DNA of 64,000 nt from contig CATNEN010000026.1 in NCBI GenBank assembly GCA_950097015.1, positions 682,001 to 746,000 of the forward strand, written 5' to 3'. Source of the DNA: Macrostomum hystrix. Lineage: Eukaryota; Animalia; Platyhelminthes. How positions within the stretch are numbered: position 1 is the first letter of the stretch; every line of letters begins with the position of its first letter. Shown here piece after piece: positions 1 to 12,190 of this stretch. A model generated the notes under the pieces. The model was not told the DNA's origin. It ran no database searches and saw only the letters and a program-made list of their open reading frames with translations. The translations under genes and the position numbers were made by a program.

Positions 1-789
1 TTTTAATGCAAAAAGCATCTTTGGTGCACTAAAAAGAAAATTCAAGCCGTAGGCCGTTGCCTTAAACTCTAAATTCCAATGGAACACCGATTGTATAACG
101 CTGGATTAGTGCTTTAGAAGGTGCGTTAGATGCACGCTAAGTTATACTTTATTTGAAATAGACAAATGCGTTAGATGCACGCTCATTAACGAGTTAGCTT
201 TCAGCTTAGACTAAGGGAGTTATATAAGGGAGCTAGTTGAGGAGGGGATCCTGAGAAAAATTATTTTCTTAATTGACACTCATGCGAGAATATGGCCCAG
301 CCACCAGCTAAAGTCAGGCTTTTGAATTTGAGCAAATTTCCAAACAATATGATATCCGAGGAGATCGACCACATTTTTGATGAGCCTGCAGATCTATACC
401 TTGGAGTCGGCGATTGATCGAGAAAACAAAGATCTACTAGAATCTCTTTTCCAGAAGATAACCGACGAAGAGGCTGGGCTATTTGAATTGGAACAACTTG
501 TTTTTGAAATTGAAGAGACCGCTGCTAGCAAAAGTGTGACAATTAAGGGCTACTGAATACGTCTGTAAGTTGCTAAGCTTCATGATGGAGAACCATCCGT
601 CAGTTCAGCGGGATTTGGAGACTGCTACTCCGCGAGAGATTGACTGTATTTTGCGTTACTTTACGTTTAATTTCGTAAGAATGATGGCGAATACTTTGCT
701 CCAGCCACGTTGATTTGCATCCGGCGCGAGCGGCCCGCTCCCGGCATTTTATATCGACAAGCTGCATGGCAAATAATATTCTGACCGAC

Positions 790-1290
790 AATGCATTCTA
801 CGCATCCAGCAAGACGCTGAAGTTAATGGGCAGAATCTTCATTGCCCGAGGTGGACGCGCTCAACACTTCGAGTCGATCGAGCCTGCTGATATGAAGAGG
901 CTCTCTTACTACTTCGATCGGAAATCACCAGAAGTGCTGCTTCATGAAGTGTACTACGTCATATTTTCTACTTTGCGATTGATTTCGCTCCCTGAGTGAC
1001 GAATCCTTTCGTTTTGAGACGGATTCGGATGGGATTGAAGTGGTGCGCTTCTATCCAGAAGTTCAGCTGCGAGTGCAGCAGGAGCTCGACTCCGTCGTCA
1101 GCCAGTCTAGACGGCCGAGCTTGACGGACAGGGCCGAGCTGCACTAAACATGAGCTGTCGATCATCGACGAGGGTTATCGGGAATTGTCTCTCGCTGCAA
1201 TCGGAATGTTTCACCGGGCTCTCGAGGACACAACCTTTCCACGGGTATCGCATTCCGAAAGATTGCTGCGATCATACCTTTGGTGTAGGC
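790..1290 (+). pseudogene. Cytochrome P450 (CYP2-clan-like) pseudogene fragment, helices G-K and beta1 region
   Basis: Manual translation gives QHFESIEPADM (H-helix-like), FETDS, then VRFYPEVQLRVQQELDSVVSQSRRPSLTDRAELH*T*AV from 1043 (J helix; stops TAA 1145-1147 and TGA 1151-1153 where YTE is expected). After a frameshift: IIDEGYR (ExxR), then FHRALEDTTF/HGYRIPKD. No heme-binding Cys segment found. Confidence 0.75.
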
Positions 1291-3376
1291 ATCCATCCAT
1301 AGTGTCTGGCTTAGGCACGTTGCTAGTTGTTAAGTTCTAATCGCACTTGGCTAAAACCTAAAATATGGCAAATTTTCTTCTTTATGTACAATATATATTA
1401 TAATACTTACTACATTTTTAAACTTTAATTGTTTTAATTATTTTTTCACGTGAAAGCCCACAGATCATTTATTTAAAAATAATTGTCGCGGTTTATACCA
1501 AGGACCACCACGAACCTACTAGCAAGGACCACTAAAAGAAGAAGGATGGGACACTTCGTTTCTTAGAAAAATTTATTAAAGGCAGATTTTTACGGAAAAA
1601 TGCACTACGGAAAAGATAGGAACTTTTCACTTTTTCACCTTTCAATGTTGATAACTTTTTATTGGAAGCAGACACAAAGCTCTTCTTTTGATAATGCCAC
1701 ATATTTAACAAAATATGTTGCTTCGACAAATTTAGGAAAGATTTTTTCATGAATAATTGATCTTTATATTATTTTAATTACTATATCATGCAGCAATTAT
1801 AGTCTGAAGCTAACTAGTGACTCACTTGAATTTTACAATCTCTGTTTAATCGAAAACATATTTATTAGTAATATATGATTAAAAATAGTTGGTTATAATT
1901 GTATGCCCAACTCACTGCTTCTTTATTTTAGTTTTATACTTTCTATATAAAATAAGTACTCGTATTTAAATAGTACGAGCTACCTATATTCTAGCTATGC
2001 CTAGACCTAGTTATATGTTTATCAAGACAGGATCTAATTTGTTAAGAATTGACTATTTTTATACTTAAAGAAATATATCAATCCAAGCAAATGATTTAAA
2101 CCAAGCTTGTTCTCAATTCTGTTTTTAGACTTCAGCTACATTTTAGCTGACATTATCTTTACTTTAGCTGGCTTTTCCATTATTTATTAAACAATGAAAG
2201 TTCTTTGCTCTGATTTTATTTAGATGTTCTTATTTTTATTTTTTTCTACTTTTTAATGTAAACAATGGCATACATTAGCTAAAGGTCTTCTTCTAGTGGT
2301 CCTAGGAAAATACATGTTGCGTATTTGCGTTTTTGCGCCATCGTAGTATTGTCAAAATGGTTTGTGTTCAATAGGGGTATATAGTTTATATATCAGATTT
2401 GGTATTATAATAGAGGAAAAGCAAACTAAGTGAAAAATATATAGTTAAAAGCACTTTGCTAAATAGCTTATAATATGAAAAAAATTGGTTCAAGCACTTA
2501 TTTAATATTTTTTAATTTATGTATTAACAAGCTATTGATTAAAAAATGTTGCAACAAGCATAATTGAACTGTTCTTCCTATTTAAGACCAAAAGGAGCAC
2601 TATTATCAGCTTGAAAAAATTAATATTACTGGTACAAATGTCATCAATTAAGTCAAGATAATGCTAGTTTATTATTTAGCTATGCAAATGACAATGACCA
2701 TTTATTAGGGATTAGAAAACATATTTATTAACTGATATGGATATAAATTTATTATTAACCTTTATATTATACTGTATGTAGGCCTAACTTTTTTCAGTTA
2801 TGATATATATGACATAATAATCTATTATGAAATGTTTTTTTTCAATGAAAAGCAAAAAATCTATGTTGAGGATCATTTTTCATAATAATTTTTATCAAAG
2901 AGCTTGTGTGCATGGCAGCCATTGACCTAGTTATGGTGTGCATTCTCTAAAATTTCCTGTCTGTATTTGTCTATGTGCCTTCAATTGTGTTTGTATGCAC
3001 TGAAACATCAGTTGTGTCCATATTTGTGAGGCAATGGCTCACCACGCATGGTTTGCCAGTCCTACAAGCTACATTGTAAGCTAGCCATTTGTCAGAATGC
3101 ACATTCTAGGCAGGATGTGACACTAGATTATGGGAAGTAGCATAGTAGCAGTAAAATCTGGCACAATTGCCATCTTATCATACACTTGTTGCTCTGCCAT
3201 TTGATAGGCAGCCACCTATCATCATCTCACTTTGATATCCCAAGGACCCAGTGTCCCAGTGTCCCAATGTTCAAATTTTGGAAAGCAGAATTATATATTG
3301 GTTTTATGTTTCAATTTGCCCAATTATTTATGCCCATTCTTTTAGCCTCTAAATCATTAGCACTTTATAAGTAAAC

Positions 3377-5676
3377 ATGCCTCTGCCACTGGATGTTCAA
3401 CTAGACAACAATGGCAATCCAAAACGCAAGCAGTTCACTGGCGCTACTCTCTACATGCAAGAGTTGCGCAAAACTCGCCCCGAGTTTCGCCAATTTGGCA
3501 TGTTCAGCCCGGAGATGATCAGAGCTGGAATGGCAGAATTCGACCGGCTGTCAATGGATGAGCAGATGCGCTATGAGCAGATGGCTAAAGCTCAGAAAAA
3601 GAAGTACGACACACTCTATGGAGACCAGTTTAGGCGGGACTGTGAGGTGAAGTTTTGTTTATTTTTTTGAGCCTCAATTTATACTTTAGAAAATCATTAC
3701 CACCATCATTTCTGCGTCCGTTTTAAAAATTTCGTTCGATAAAGTTTGATTCTACCTACGTTTGATCTGTGCCGCCATTATTGACAACTGCATACATACA
3801 TCTGTTTAAAACCAGGGCGTCCACCTTTCCGAGCGCGAAAAGCTAGCCTCGCTCCGCAGCCAATACGAAAGCTACACAGCCGATATTGTCGCTGAAATGG
3901 CTGGCCGTCTAACCGATTCAGCCGCTTTAGCTGACACCGAATTTGTTGTCGGCGAAGTATTCACCTTTATTAACGCCGACGAGCGCGACAAAGGCGTCTG
4001 CGTGCCCGCCGAATTCGGCTTTGTTCGGTTTAGCCTTAGACTCGGCGTTATTGACTCTTTGCACTGCATTGTGCAGCCGCGTAAAGGCGCCATACCTGTT
4101 CACCTGACCAGCCAGTGCCGCGACATCATGGAGGACACGCACGGCATTCCGACCTACGGCTGTGCGGAGGCCGAGGAGAGCATGGTCAGAATGTGTATCC
4201 GGTTGAAATCGCTTTGTTCAACTAGCGCCGATAGGCCCGACCTGCAGTTGCCAATATTTGTGCCCACTGAACGGCTGGAAGCTATGCAAAAGGCACTCAT
4301 ATACGCATTTAACGACCCGAATATGTGCCGCGATGGCTGTCCGTTTGTGCGCGAAATTAGTAGGGCCAAGAATACTAAGGTCTTCCCATTCGAGAGCTTG
4401 TTTTTGGCCATTATGCGAAACACTTGCATACCGCCAGAGAAACGATTGGTAAGTATCCAAGTTAGACGGCTACTCACAGCGTACTCGGCGATTCATTTTT
4501 CTAGGCACTCTGGAACAGGCATCCCTCACCCCAGTGTTCTCACACTCATTGGGCGCTCTGGAACAGGCATCCCTCACCCCAGTGTTCTCACACTCATTGG
4601 GCACTCTGGAACAGGCATCCCTCACCCAAGTGTTCTCACACTCATTGGGCACTCTGGAACAGGCATCCCTCACCCAAGTGTTCTCACACTCATTGGGCAC
4701 TCTGGAACAGGCATCCCTCACCCCCAGTGTTCTCACACTCATTGGGCACTCTGGAACAGGCATCCCTCACCCCCAGTGTTCTCACACTCATTGGGCACTC
4801 TGGAACAGGCATCCCTCACCCCAGTGTTCTCACACTCATTGGGCACTCTGGAACAGGCATCCCTCACCCAAGTGTTCTCACACTCATTGGGCACTCTGGA
4901 ACAGGCATCCCACACCCAAGTGTTCTCACTCTCATTGGGCACTCTGGAACAGGCATCCCTCACCCCAGTGTTCTCACACTCATTGGGCACTCTGGAACAG
5001 GCGCCTCACCACGCCACATTCGCAGACCAGCTTCCTGGACCTGCAAGTCACGCAGCTGTTAAACCGGCCGCGTTACACTGGCGAAGAGCACGCCTGCCAA
5101 CTGCATCGCAGGGAGGACAACCTGCCCCACTGCGCTCTGATGAAGGCCCATATCTATGCCTGGGCTCTATTTGGCTATGCTGTGCCGGCCCTGGACCTGG
5201 CCTGGCGCAGTAGCCACGGTCCCAAGGAGCTAGACGTGCCGGTGCCCCGACCCGTCAAAGTCGGTTGGCTGACTCGCGGTAATCGCCGACTGCCCGACAG
5301 TTGTCCGTCAAATTTAGCATCAATCGGCAGGTCTTCTTCCACAATTAGCAATAGTAGTAGGCCGGCCTACGTACAGCGAATGGGGCGCCAAACTGCCGCC
5401 GGCGCCGCCGCCTCTGTCGCCGCATCTACTGCCTCTGTTGCTGATAGCGAAATTGACCAAAACTTCGACGATGCTAGTTCATTGACCAGCGTGAACGTCT
5501 TAACCGGAGAATTTCATCGCGCCCTATCGTTTGATCAGAGAACAGCTACTAGTCGTCAGGACTGCGGCATCGATGTTGGCGCCGGCCTTGATATAAATAT
5601 CGGCGTCGTTGGTCGTGGTCGCGGTCGCGGTCGTCCACGAGCTGGCGCTCATCGAGGTCCAATTATTATTGATTGA
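3377..5676 (+). CDS. mael: Maelstrom (HMG-box + MAEL domain), piRNA-pathway factor; about 517 aa
   Basis: Exons 3377-3646, 3816-4448 and 5026-5676 with GT-AG phase-0 junctions (GAG|GTGAAG, CCAG|GGC; TTG|GTAAGT, CGCAG|ACC); 1554 nt total. HMG-like PKRKQFTGATLYMQELRK...YEQMAK. MAEL core PAEFGFVRFSLRLGVIDSLHCIVQP...THGIP and ACQLHRREDNLPHCAL supply the E-H-H-C-H-C residues. Confidence 0.9.
4504..5000. repeat. 48-bp minisatellite (~10 copies) in maelstrom intron 2
   Basis: Unit GGCACTCTGGAACAGGCATCCCTCACCCCAGTGTTCTCACACTCATTG, with 1-nt indel variants. Confidence 0.95.
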
Positions 5677-5699
5677 AGTAGGAGTCAATGGCCTCGTTA

Positions 5700-6366
5700 G
5701 TGACTGAGTCATTTTCCTCCCATCCTTCAGTGACTGGGTCATTTTCCCCTCATCCTTCAGTGACTGAGTCATTTTCCTCTCATCATTTAGTGACTGAGTC
5801 ATATTCCTCTCATCATTTAGTGACTGAGTCATATTCCTCCCATCCTTCAGTGACTGGGTAATTTTCCTCCCATCCTTCAGTGACTGGGTCATTTTCCTCC
5901 CATCCTTCAGTGACTGGGTCATTTTCCTCCCATCCTTCAGTGACTGGGTCATTTTCCTCCCATCCTTCAGTGACTGAGTCATTTTCCTCTCATCATTTAG
6001 TGACTGAGTCATATTCCTCTCATCATTTAGTGACTGAGTCATTTTCCTCCCATCCTTCAGTGACTGGGTCATTTTCCTCCCATCCTTCAGTGACTGGGTC
6101 ATTTTCCTCCCATCCTTCAGTGACTGGGTCATTTTCCTCCCATCCTTCAGTGACTGGGTCATTTTCCTCCCATCCTTCAGTGACTGGGTTATTTTCCTCC
6201 CATCCTTCAGTGACTGGGTTATTTTCCTCCCATCCTTCAGTGACTGGGTCATTTTCCTCCCATCCTTCAGTGACTGGGTCATTTTCCCCTCATCCTTCAG
6301 TGACAGTCATTTTCCTGTCATCCTTCAGTACTGAGTCATATTCTTCTCATCCCACAGTAACTGAGT
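5700..6366. repeat. 30-bp minisatellite (~22 copies) just downstream of the maelstrom stop codon
   Basis: Unit GTGACTGGGTCATTTTCCTCCCATCCTTCA; explains ORFs 5524..6282 and 5880..6368. Confidence 0.95.
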
Positions 6367-6730
6367 AATTTTCCTTTCCTTTGTTTCAATTTTCTATCCC
6401 TACGGCCGCTTTCGACTGTCAGGAAGTTTCATCGCTTGCAAAAGCCAGCAGTCTTTTCAGTGTTTTTAATACTGTCTTGTATTTGAAGTGTTACAAAACA
6501 GTCTGCTAATAAATTGGCTCCACCGCTCTCCTTTGTTGCCTGTCATTTTTAATCAGTGATGCAGGCGTCGCGTTTCTTTGTGAGTGTTTTAATGGTAATA
6601 CGGAGTAATAAACAGAAAAAATGTTTGTTTCGCTTTTTTATTTTCAGTTGATCTTTCTACGTTCGAGACAAGGATTTTTCGGTTTGAATGAAAAAATTAA
6701 TGAAAATAACGAAGTGAAACCCATTTTATT

Positions 6731-7135
6731 ATGAGTGAATGTGTGTGTATGAGTGAATGTGTGTGTATATGAGTAAATGTGTGTGTGTATGAGTGAATGC
6801 GTGTGTATATGAGTGAATGTGTGTGTATATGAGTGAATGCGTGTGCGTGAATGTGTGTGTATGTGAGTGAATGTGTGTGTATATGAGTGAATGCGTGTGT
6901 ATATGAGTGAATGCGTGTGTATATGAGTGAATGTGTGTGTATTTGAGTGAATGCGTGTGCGTGAATGTGTGTGTATGTGAGTGAATGTGTGTGTATATGA
7001 GTGAATGCGTGTGTATATGAGTGAATGTGTGTGTATTTGAGTGAATGCGTGTGCGTGAATGTGTGTATGAGTGAATGTGTGTATGAGTGAATGTGTGTAT
7101 GAGTGAATGTGTGTATGAGTGAATGTGTGTGCGTG
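6731..7135. repeat. Compound TG-rich micro/minisatellite
   Basis: Repeated TGAGTGAATG(T/C)GTGTGTATA-like units. Confidence 0.9.
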
Positions 7136-7472
7136 AGGTCGGGCTAGTTCAGAACTCCGTGAACTCAAGTAACTCCGTGAACCCCGTACACTCAAGGGGA
7201 TGTGTTTGCCTGGGGTAGGAACTCCTGAGTGCCAGCTCACACATCCTCCCCTCCATCTTGTCCGCCTCGTATGCGCGGTCTCGCGCTCCGTTCCTTTTGC
7301 TGGCCCTTATCCGGGAGGGCTATACCAGTCTGGGGATATTGGGAAGGGTTGAAGGGAAGAGAAGGTTAACGGCTGAGCAGAGATCTAGGAGCAGCTAACG
7401 CTCAGAGGAAGGAAACGCCGGCTAAGGAGGAGGGAGAGCACGGGATAGGGAAGATTTATTTATCCCCTGCGC

Positions 7473-7533
7473 CGCCCCGCCCAGCTTATTATTTCTGTCT
7501 AGTGAGCATATCCCCTGTACTAAGTGTATAAAG
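7473..7533 (+). promoter_or_regulatory. Putative core promoter of the Rac-like gene (GC box + TATA box)
   Basis: CCGCCCCGCCC at ~7472-7482 and TATAAAG at 7527-7533, about 85 nt before ATG 7618. Motif match only. Confidence 0.4.
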
Positions 7534-7617
7534 CCCGGCAGCAACCGGTCGGCAGACAGGGGCAAGTCTCACAGTCAAACTGCACGCGATCAGTCACAGA
7601 CGGGCTGAAGCCATCAG

Positions 7618-9676
7618 ATGCAGTCTATCAAATGCGTGGTTGTCGGAGACGGCGCTGTTGGCAAGACCTGCCTGCTGATCTCGTACGCCACAAACCAGTT
7701 TCCGGATGAGTACATACCGACAGTATTTGACACCTACAGCGCCAATGTGATGGTGCAGCAAAAGTCCATCAACCTGTGCCTCTGGGACACCGCCGGTGAG
7801 TCACAGTTTTCTCTCCTCATCCCCGACTCCGTTCCCTACAATAATCATCCGCTCCCTACTCGCCCTCTCCCTACTCGCCCGCTCCCAACTCTTTTCATCC
7901 GCTCCCTGCTCGATTCATCCGCTCCCAACTCTTTTCATCCGCTCCGTACTCGATTCATCCGCTCCCTACTCAATTCATCCGCTCCCAACTTGATTCATCC
8001 ACTCCTAACTCCATTCATCCGCTCCCTACTCGATTCATCCGCTCCTAACTCCATTCATCGGCTTCCTACTCGATTCATCCGCTCCCTACTCGATTCATCC
8101 ACTCCCTACTCCATTCATCCGCTCCCTACTCGATTCATCCGCTCCCTACTCCATTCATCCACTTCCTACTCCATTCATCCGCTCCCTACTCGATTCATCC
8201 ACTCCTAACTCCATTCATCCGCTCCCTACTCGATTCATCCGCTCCCTACTCGATTCATCCGCTACCTACTCGATTCATCCGCTCCCCACTCGATTTATCC
8301 GCTCCCTACTCAATTCATCCGCTCCCCACTCGATTCATCCACTTCCTACTCCATTCATCCGCTCCCTTACTCGATTCATCCGCTCCCTACTCGATTCATC
8401 CACTCCTAACTCCATTCATCCGCTCCCTACTCGATTCATCCGCTCCTAACTCCATTCATCCGCTCCTAACTCGATTCATCCGCTTCCTACTCGATTCATC
8501 CGCTCCCTACTCGATTCATCCACTCCCTACTCCATTCATCCGCTCCCTACTCTTTTTATCCGCTCCCTACACGATTCATCCGCTCCCAACTCCATTCATC
8601 CGCTCCCTAATCGATTCATCCGCTCCCCAATCGATTCATCCGCTCCTAACTCCATTCATCCGCTCTGCATACTGACTTCACGCACTCCCTGCTTTATGTC
8701 TCCGCTCTCTACTCACTTCTTCGCTCCATAATCGGTTTGTTCGCGCAACGACTCCTCCATCTTCCTTTTCTCGTCCGCTTGCAGGCCAGGAAGAATACGA
8801 CCAGCTGCGCATTCTCAGCTACCCCCAGACAGACGTCATGATCGTCTGCTTCTCCCTGGAGAATCCAGTCAGCTGCGACAATGTCCGCTCCAAGTGGGTG
8901 CCGGAGGTGCGCCACTACGCGCCGGACGCGCCAGTCCTGCTGGTTGGCACCAAGCGCGATCTGCGCGAAGATCCCGGAACTGTTGAACGACTGCTGGCCA
9001 AGGGTCGGGCGCCAGTCAGCACGGAGAAGGTGGGTGCACAGATTGACCTGTTGTTATGCCGACAGAAGTATTAGTAATATTCTGTTCCATCCGCCCCCTT
9101 CAATCCGCGCCTTACTCCGCTCCCTTTCATCTGCCCCTTCTATCCAGCCTTTCCATCCGCCCTTCCATTCGCCCCCTTCTTTCCGCCCCTTTCCATCCGC
9201 CCCCTTCCATCCGCCCCCTTCCATCCGTCCCCTTCATCCGCCCCCTTCCATCCGCCCCTTACATCCAGCCCTTCCATCCGCCCCATCGATTCGCCCCCTT
9301 CCATCCGCCGCTTCCGTCCGCCCCTTCCATCCGCCCCTCCTTCTGCCCCTCGCTCCATCCGCCTCTTTTTCATCCACCCGCTTCTCTTTGCCTCCATATT
9401 AAATCCTCCTAATCTCCCTTGTGGGACTTCTCACCAGATTCCTCCATCCTGAGCTCCCTAACTCCAAGCCTTGTTTTAATTGGCATCGTCTGATTGGCTC
9501 TCCTTTCCGCCAATCAGGGCCAAGCGCTAGCCAAGGAGGTGCAGGCCGCCGCTTACCTAGAGTGCTCTTCAAAGCTGCAGTCGGAAGTGAAGTCAGTCTT
9601 TGACGAGGCCATCCGGCTGGTCCTGGTGCCACGACAACCGGTCAGGCGACAGAAGCGCGAGTGCCAACTACTTTGA
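7618..9676 (+). CDS. Rho-family small GTPase, Rac/RhoG subfamily; 193 aa
   Basis: Exons 7618-7795 (G|GTGAGT), 8785-9029 (GCAG|GC; AAG|GTGGGT) and 9518-9676 (TCAG|GGC); 582 nt. Motifs [28 protein letters not shown], a basic tail and CaaX CQLL. Confidence 0.93.
7845..8667. repeat. ~20-bp minisatellite filling Rac intron 1
   Basis: Unit CTCGATTCATCCGCTCCCTA with variants. Confidence 0.93.
9083..9380. repeat. ~13-bp C-rich minisatellite in Rac intron 2
   Basis: Unit CCATCCGCCCCTT, degenerate. Confidence 0.85.
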
Positions 9677-10371
9677 GTAGTCTGACGCAGGCATGAGAGA
9701 TATTTTTGTAGGTTCGACTAATATTAATTATGAGTTAGTGATCCCATGTGGAATCGAGTATTTAATGAAAAACTGCACCGCACAGTCTGGCGTAGAAATT
9801 ATTGTCCTTCCTTCATCCGTTCCAAGGATCTTCCACATATTTCCCAATATTTGCCTCCGTCTGGTTTTCTCTGACCTTTTCATTCGAAACAAAACGTTAT
9901 GTTTTTACTTAATGTTACGACATTGGCCCAAAAAAATCAGCCGCTAGCTTCCGCAAATCGACTTAGAGAAGACAAAACCTTTTCGCCTTTGACACCTAAA
10001 ACATTCGGTCTCGTCGAGAGCACTCTACTGCTTGCGGCCTTGCTTCAGAGTGCATGGCTTAGCTGCTTGCGCTTCTTATTTTGCCAACTGCTTTTTTTGC
10101 CTAAGCTTTGCGCGATCGGTATAAAGAAGCTATTCTTTCCTTTGCATAGGCTTTTCCCGATATCCAAAATGTTTTACCTTATTTGACACACCTGTAAATA
10201 CCTGCTGTGTTACTAAAAAGTACTCTTGGATTATATAGATGTGTAAGGATGGACGTTTTATCGATTTTATTTAGTCTTAATGAGAGCGTTTATAAAAACA
10301 TTTAAAAAAGTAAAACTTATATTTCTTGAACATCATTTCGATTCGCGCACGCCTATTAGATAAATTGCTAT

Positions 10372-10762
10372 TGTGTACATTGAAGGAGGAATGGGTGTCG
10401 GGGTTGGAGAGAGCTAGCTGTGGCGTGTGTACATTGAAGGAGGAATGGGTGTCGGGGCTGGAGAGAGCTAGCTGTGGCGTGTGTACATTGAAGGAGGAAT
10501 GGGTGTCGGGGCTGGAGAGAGCTAGCTGTGGCGTGTGTACATTGAAGGAGGAATGGGTGTCGGGGCTGGAGAGAGCTAGCTGTGGCGTGTGTACATTGAA
10601 GGAGGAATGGGTGTCGGGGCTGGAGAGAGCTAGCTGTGGCGTGTGTACATTGAAGGAGGAATAGGTGTCGGGGCTGGAGAGAGCTAGCTGTGGCGTGTGT
10701 ACATTGAAGGAGGACTGGGTGTCGGGGCTGGAGAGAGCTAGCTGTGGTGTGTACATTGAAGG
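10372..10762. repeat. 54-bp minisatellite (~7 copies)
   Basis: Unit TGTACATTGAAGGAGGAATGGGTGTCGGGGCTGGAGAGAGCTAGCTGTGGCGTG. Confidence 0.95.
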
Positions 10763-11439
10763 TGTAAATTGTTAATGTCTCTAAATTTATTAGTGTCAGC
10801 CGTGTAACTAATGGTATCCATATCTGTAGAGCATTAGAAATCAAGAAATCATGCAACAACGCACGTATTCAGCCGAGCACAAACGGTATATATTACTTGT
10901 TAAGTAGTCTAATAGAGACGCGAACGTTGAAATCTCAAAAGTACTTGAAAATACATTTTAACGAATCAAAAGTATCCTAAAATTTCATGAAAAGATTTGA
11001 GCCGACAAAACAGCCGCAGTTATTGCTCTCAAGCAAGCAAACTATTGTTTTTTTCCCATTGCTAAAGGTGCTAAAGGAAATTGAAATTAGATGAAAAAAG
11101 GTAGCTAAACAAATTCGTACATGTGTATTTATTAGGAAAAAAGGTCCGAATAAATTAAATTTCAAAGGAATGTATTGAAAACAGTAAGAAGTTTGGAAAC
11201 AAAGGAAATATACATGCACTTCGTTGGCTTTGACCAAAATAGGCTCAAATTATTAAGTAGAAAATATACCAATTGATCTAAAGAAAATATCTATCAAACG
11301 CATGCTATGAAAGAGTGTATTTTAATTCAAGATAACAAGTACTGAGAAATATCAAACAAGACTACACAGGTCTAAGCTGCAATAAAAAACTAATAAGTCC
11401 TGTCCGCTCAGGATGGAACCCCTGGAAATGGGTGGTGGG

Positions 11440-11850
11440 ACTGGATAGGGTTATCTTTAGCGGTGTACATTGAAGGGGTGGTGGGGCTGGAGAGGGTTAT
11501 CAATGGCGGTGTACATTGAAGGGGTGGTGGGGCTGGAGAGGGTTATCAATGGCGGTGTACATTGAATGGGTGGTGGGGCTGGAGAGGGTTATCAATGGCG
11601 GTGTACATTGAAGGGGTGGTGGGGCTGGAGAGGGTTATCAATGGCCGTGTACATTGAAGGGGTGGTGGGGCTGGAGAGGGTTATCTCTGGCCGTGTACAT
11701 TGAAGGGGTGGTGGGGCTGGAGAGGGTTATCTCTGGCTGTGTACATTGAAGGGGTGGTGGGGCTGGAGAGGGTTATCAATGGCGGTGTACATTGAATGGG
11801 TGGTGGGGCTGGAGAGGGTTTTTTATAGCGGTGTATATTGAAGGGTGGTG
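11440..11850. repeat. 46-bp G-rich minisatellite (~8-9 copies)
   Basis: Unit GTGTACATTGAAGGGGTGGTGGGGCTGGAGAGGGTTATCAATGGCG; period 46 (11463 to 11509). Confidence 0.95.
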
Positions 11851-12190
11851 CTCTTATGTTGCTTTTTATGGTGCTTTAACTTGAACTGCAAACAGAATAT
11901 ATTCAACAGGACTTTCTGAGCAGACGGTCAGCGAGTCAAGTGTTTAACACCAGTGACATGATTTTTTTAGATATATTGATACGATCAATTAAGCGAGGTG
12001 AAAATAAGTTAATAAAAAAGCACAGGTAGCACAGCCAAAAACAAACAAGAAACATTTACTGGTATTATAAATGGACGGAAACCTAGTTCCAGTATTTTAG
12101 CTAAAAAGTTTCAAAAAGATTGACCATAATAGCATTATATTTAAAAAGTTCAATTGGTACTTTGAAGCCGATTTAGCTGGCATATTCTAC

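Noticed and set aside
290-560. Protein-like frameshifted text (MAQPPAKVRLLNL... / IDRENKDLLESLFQKI...)
   Set aside because: No recognisable family and interrupted by a stop; cannot be supported as a gene or TE.
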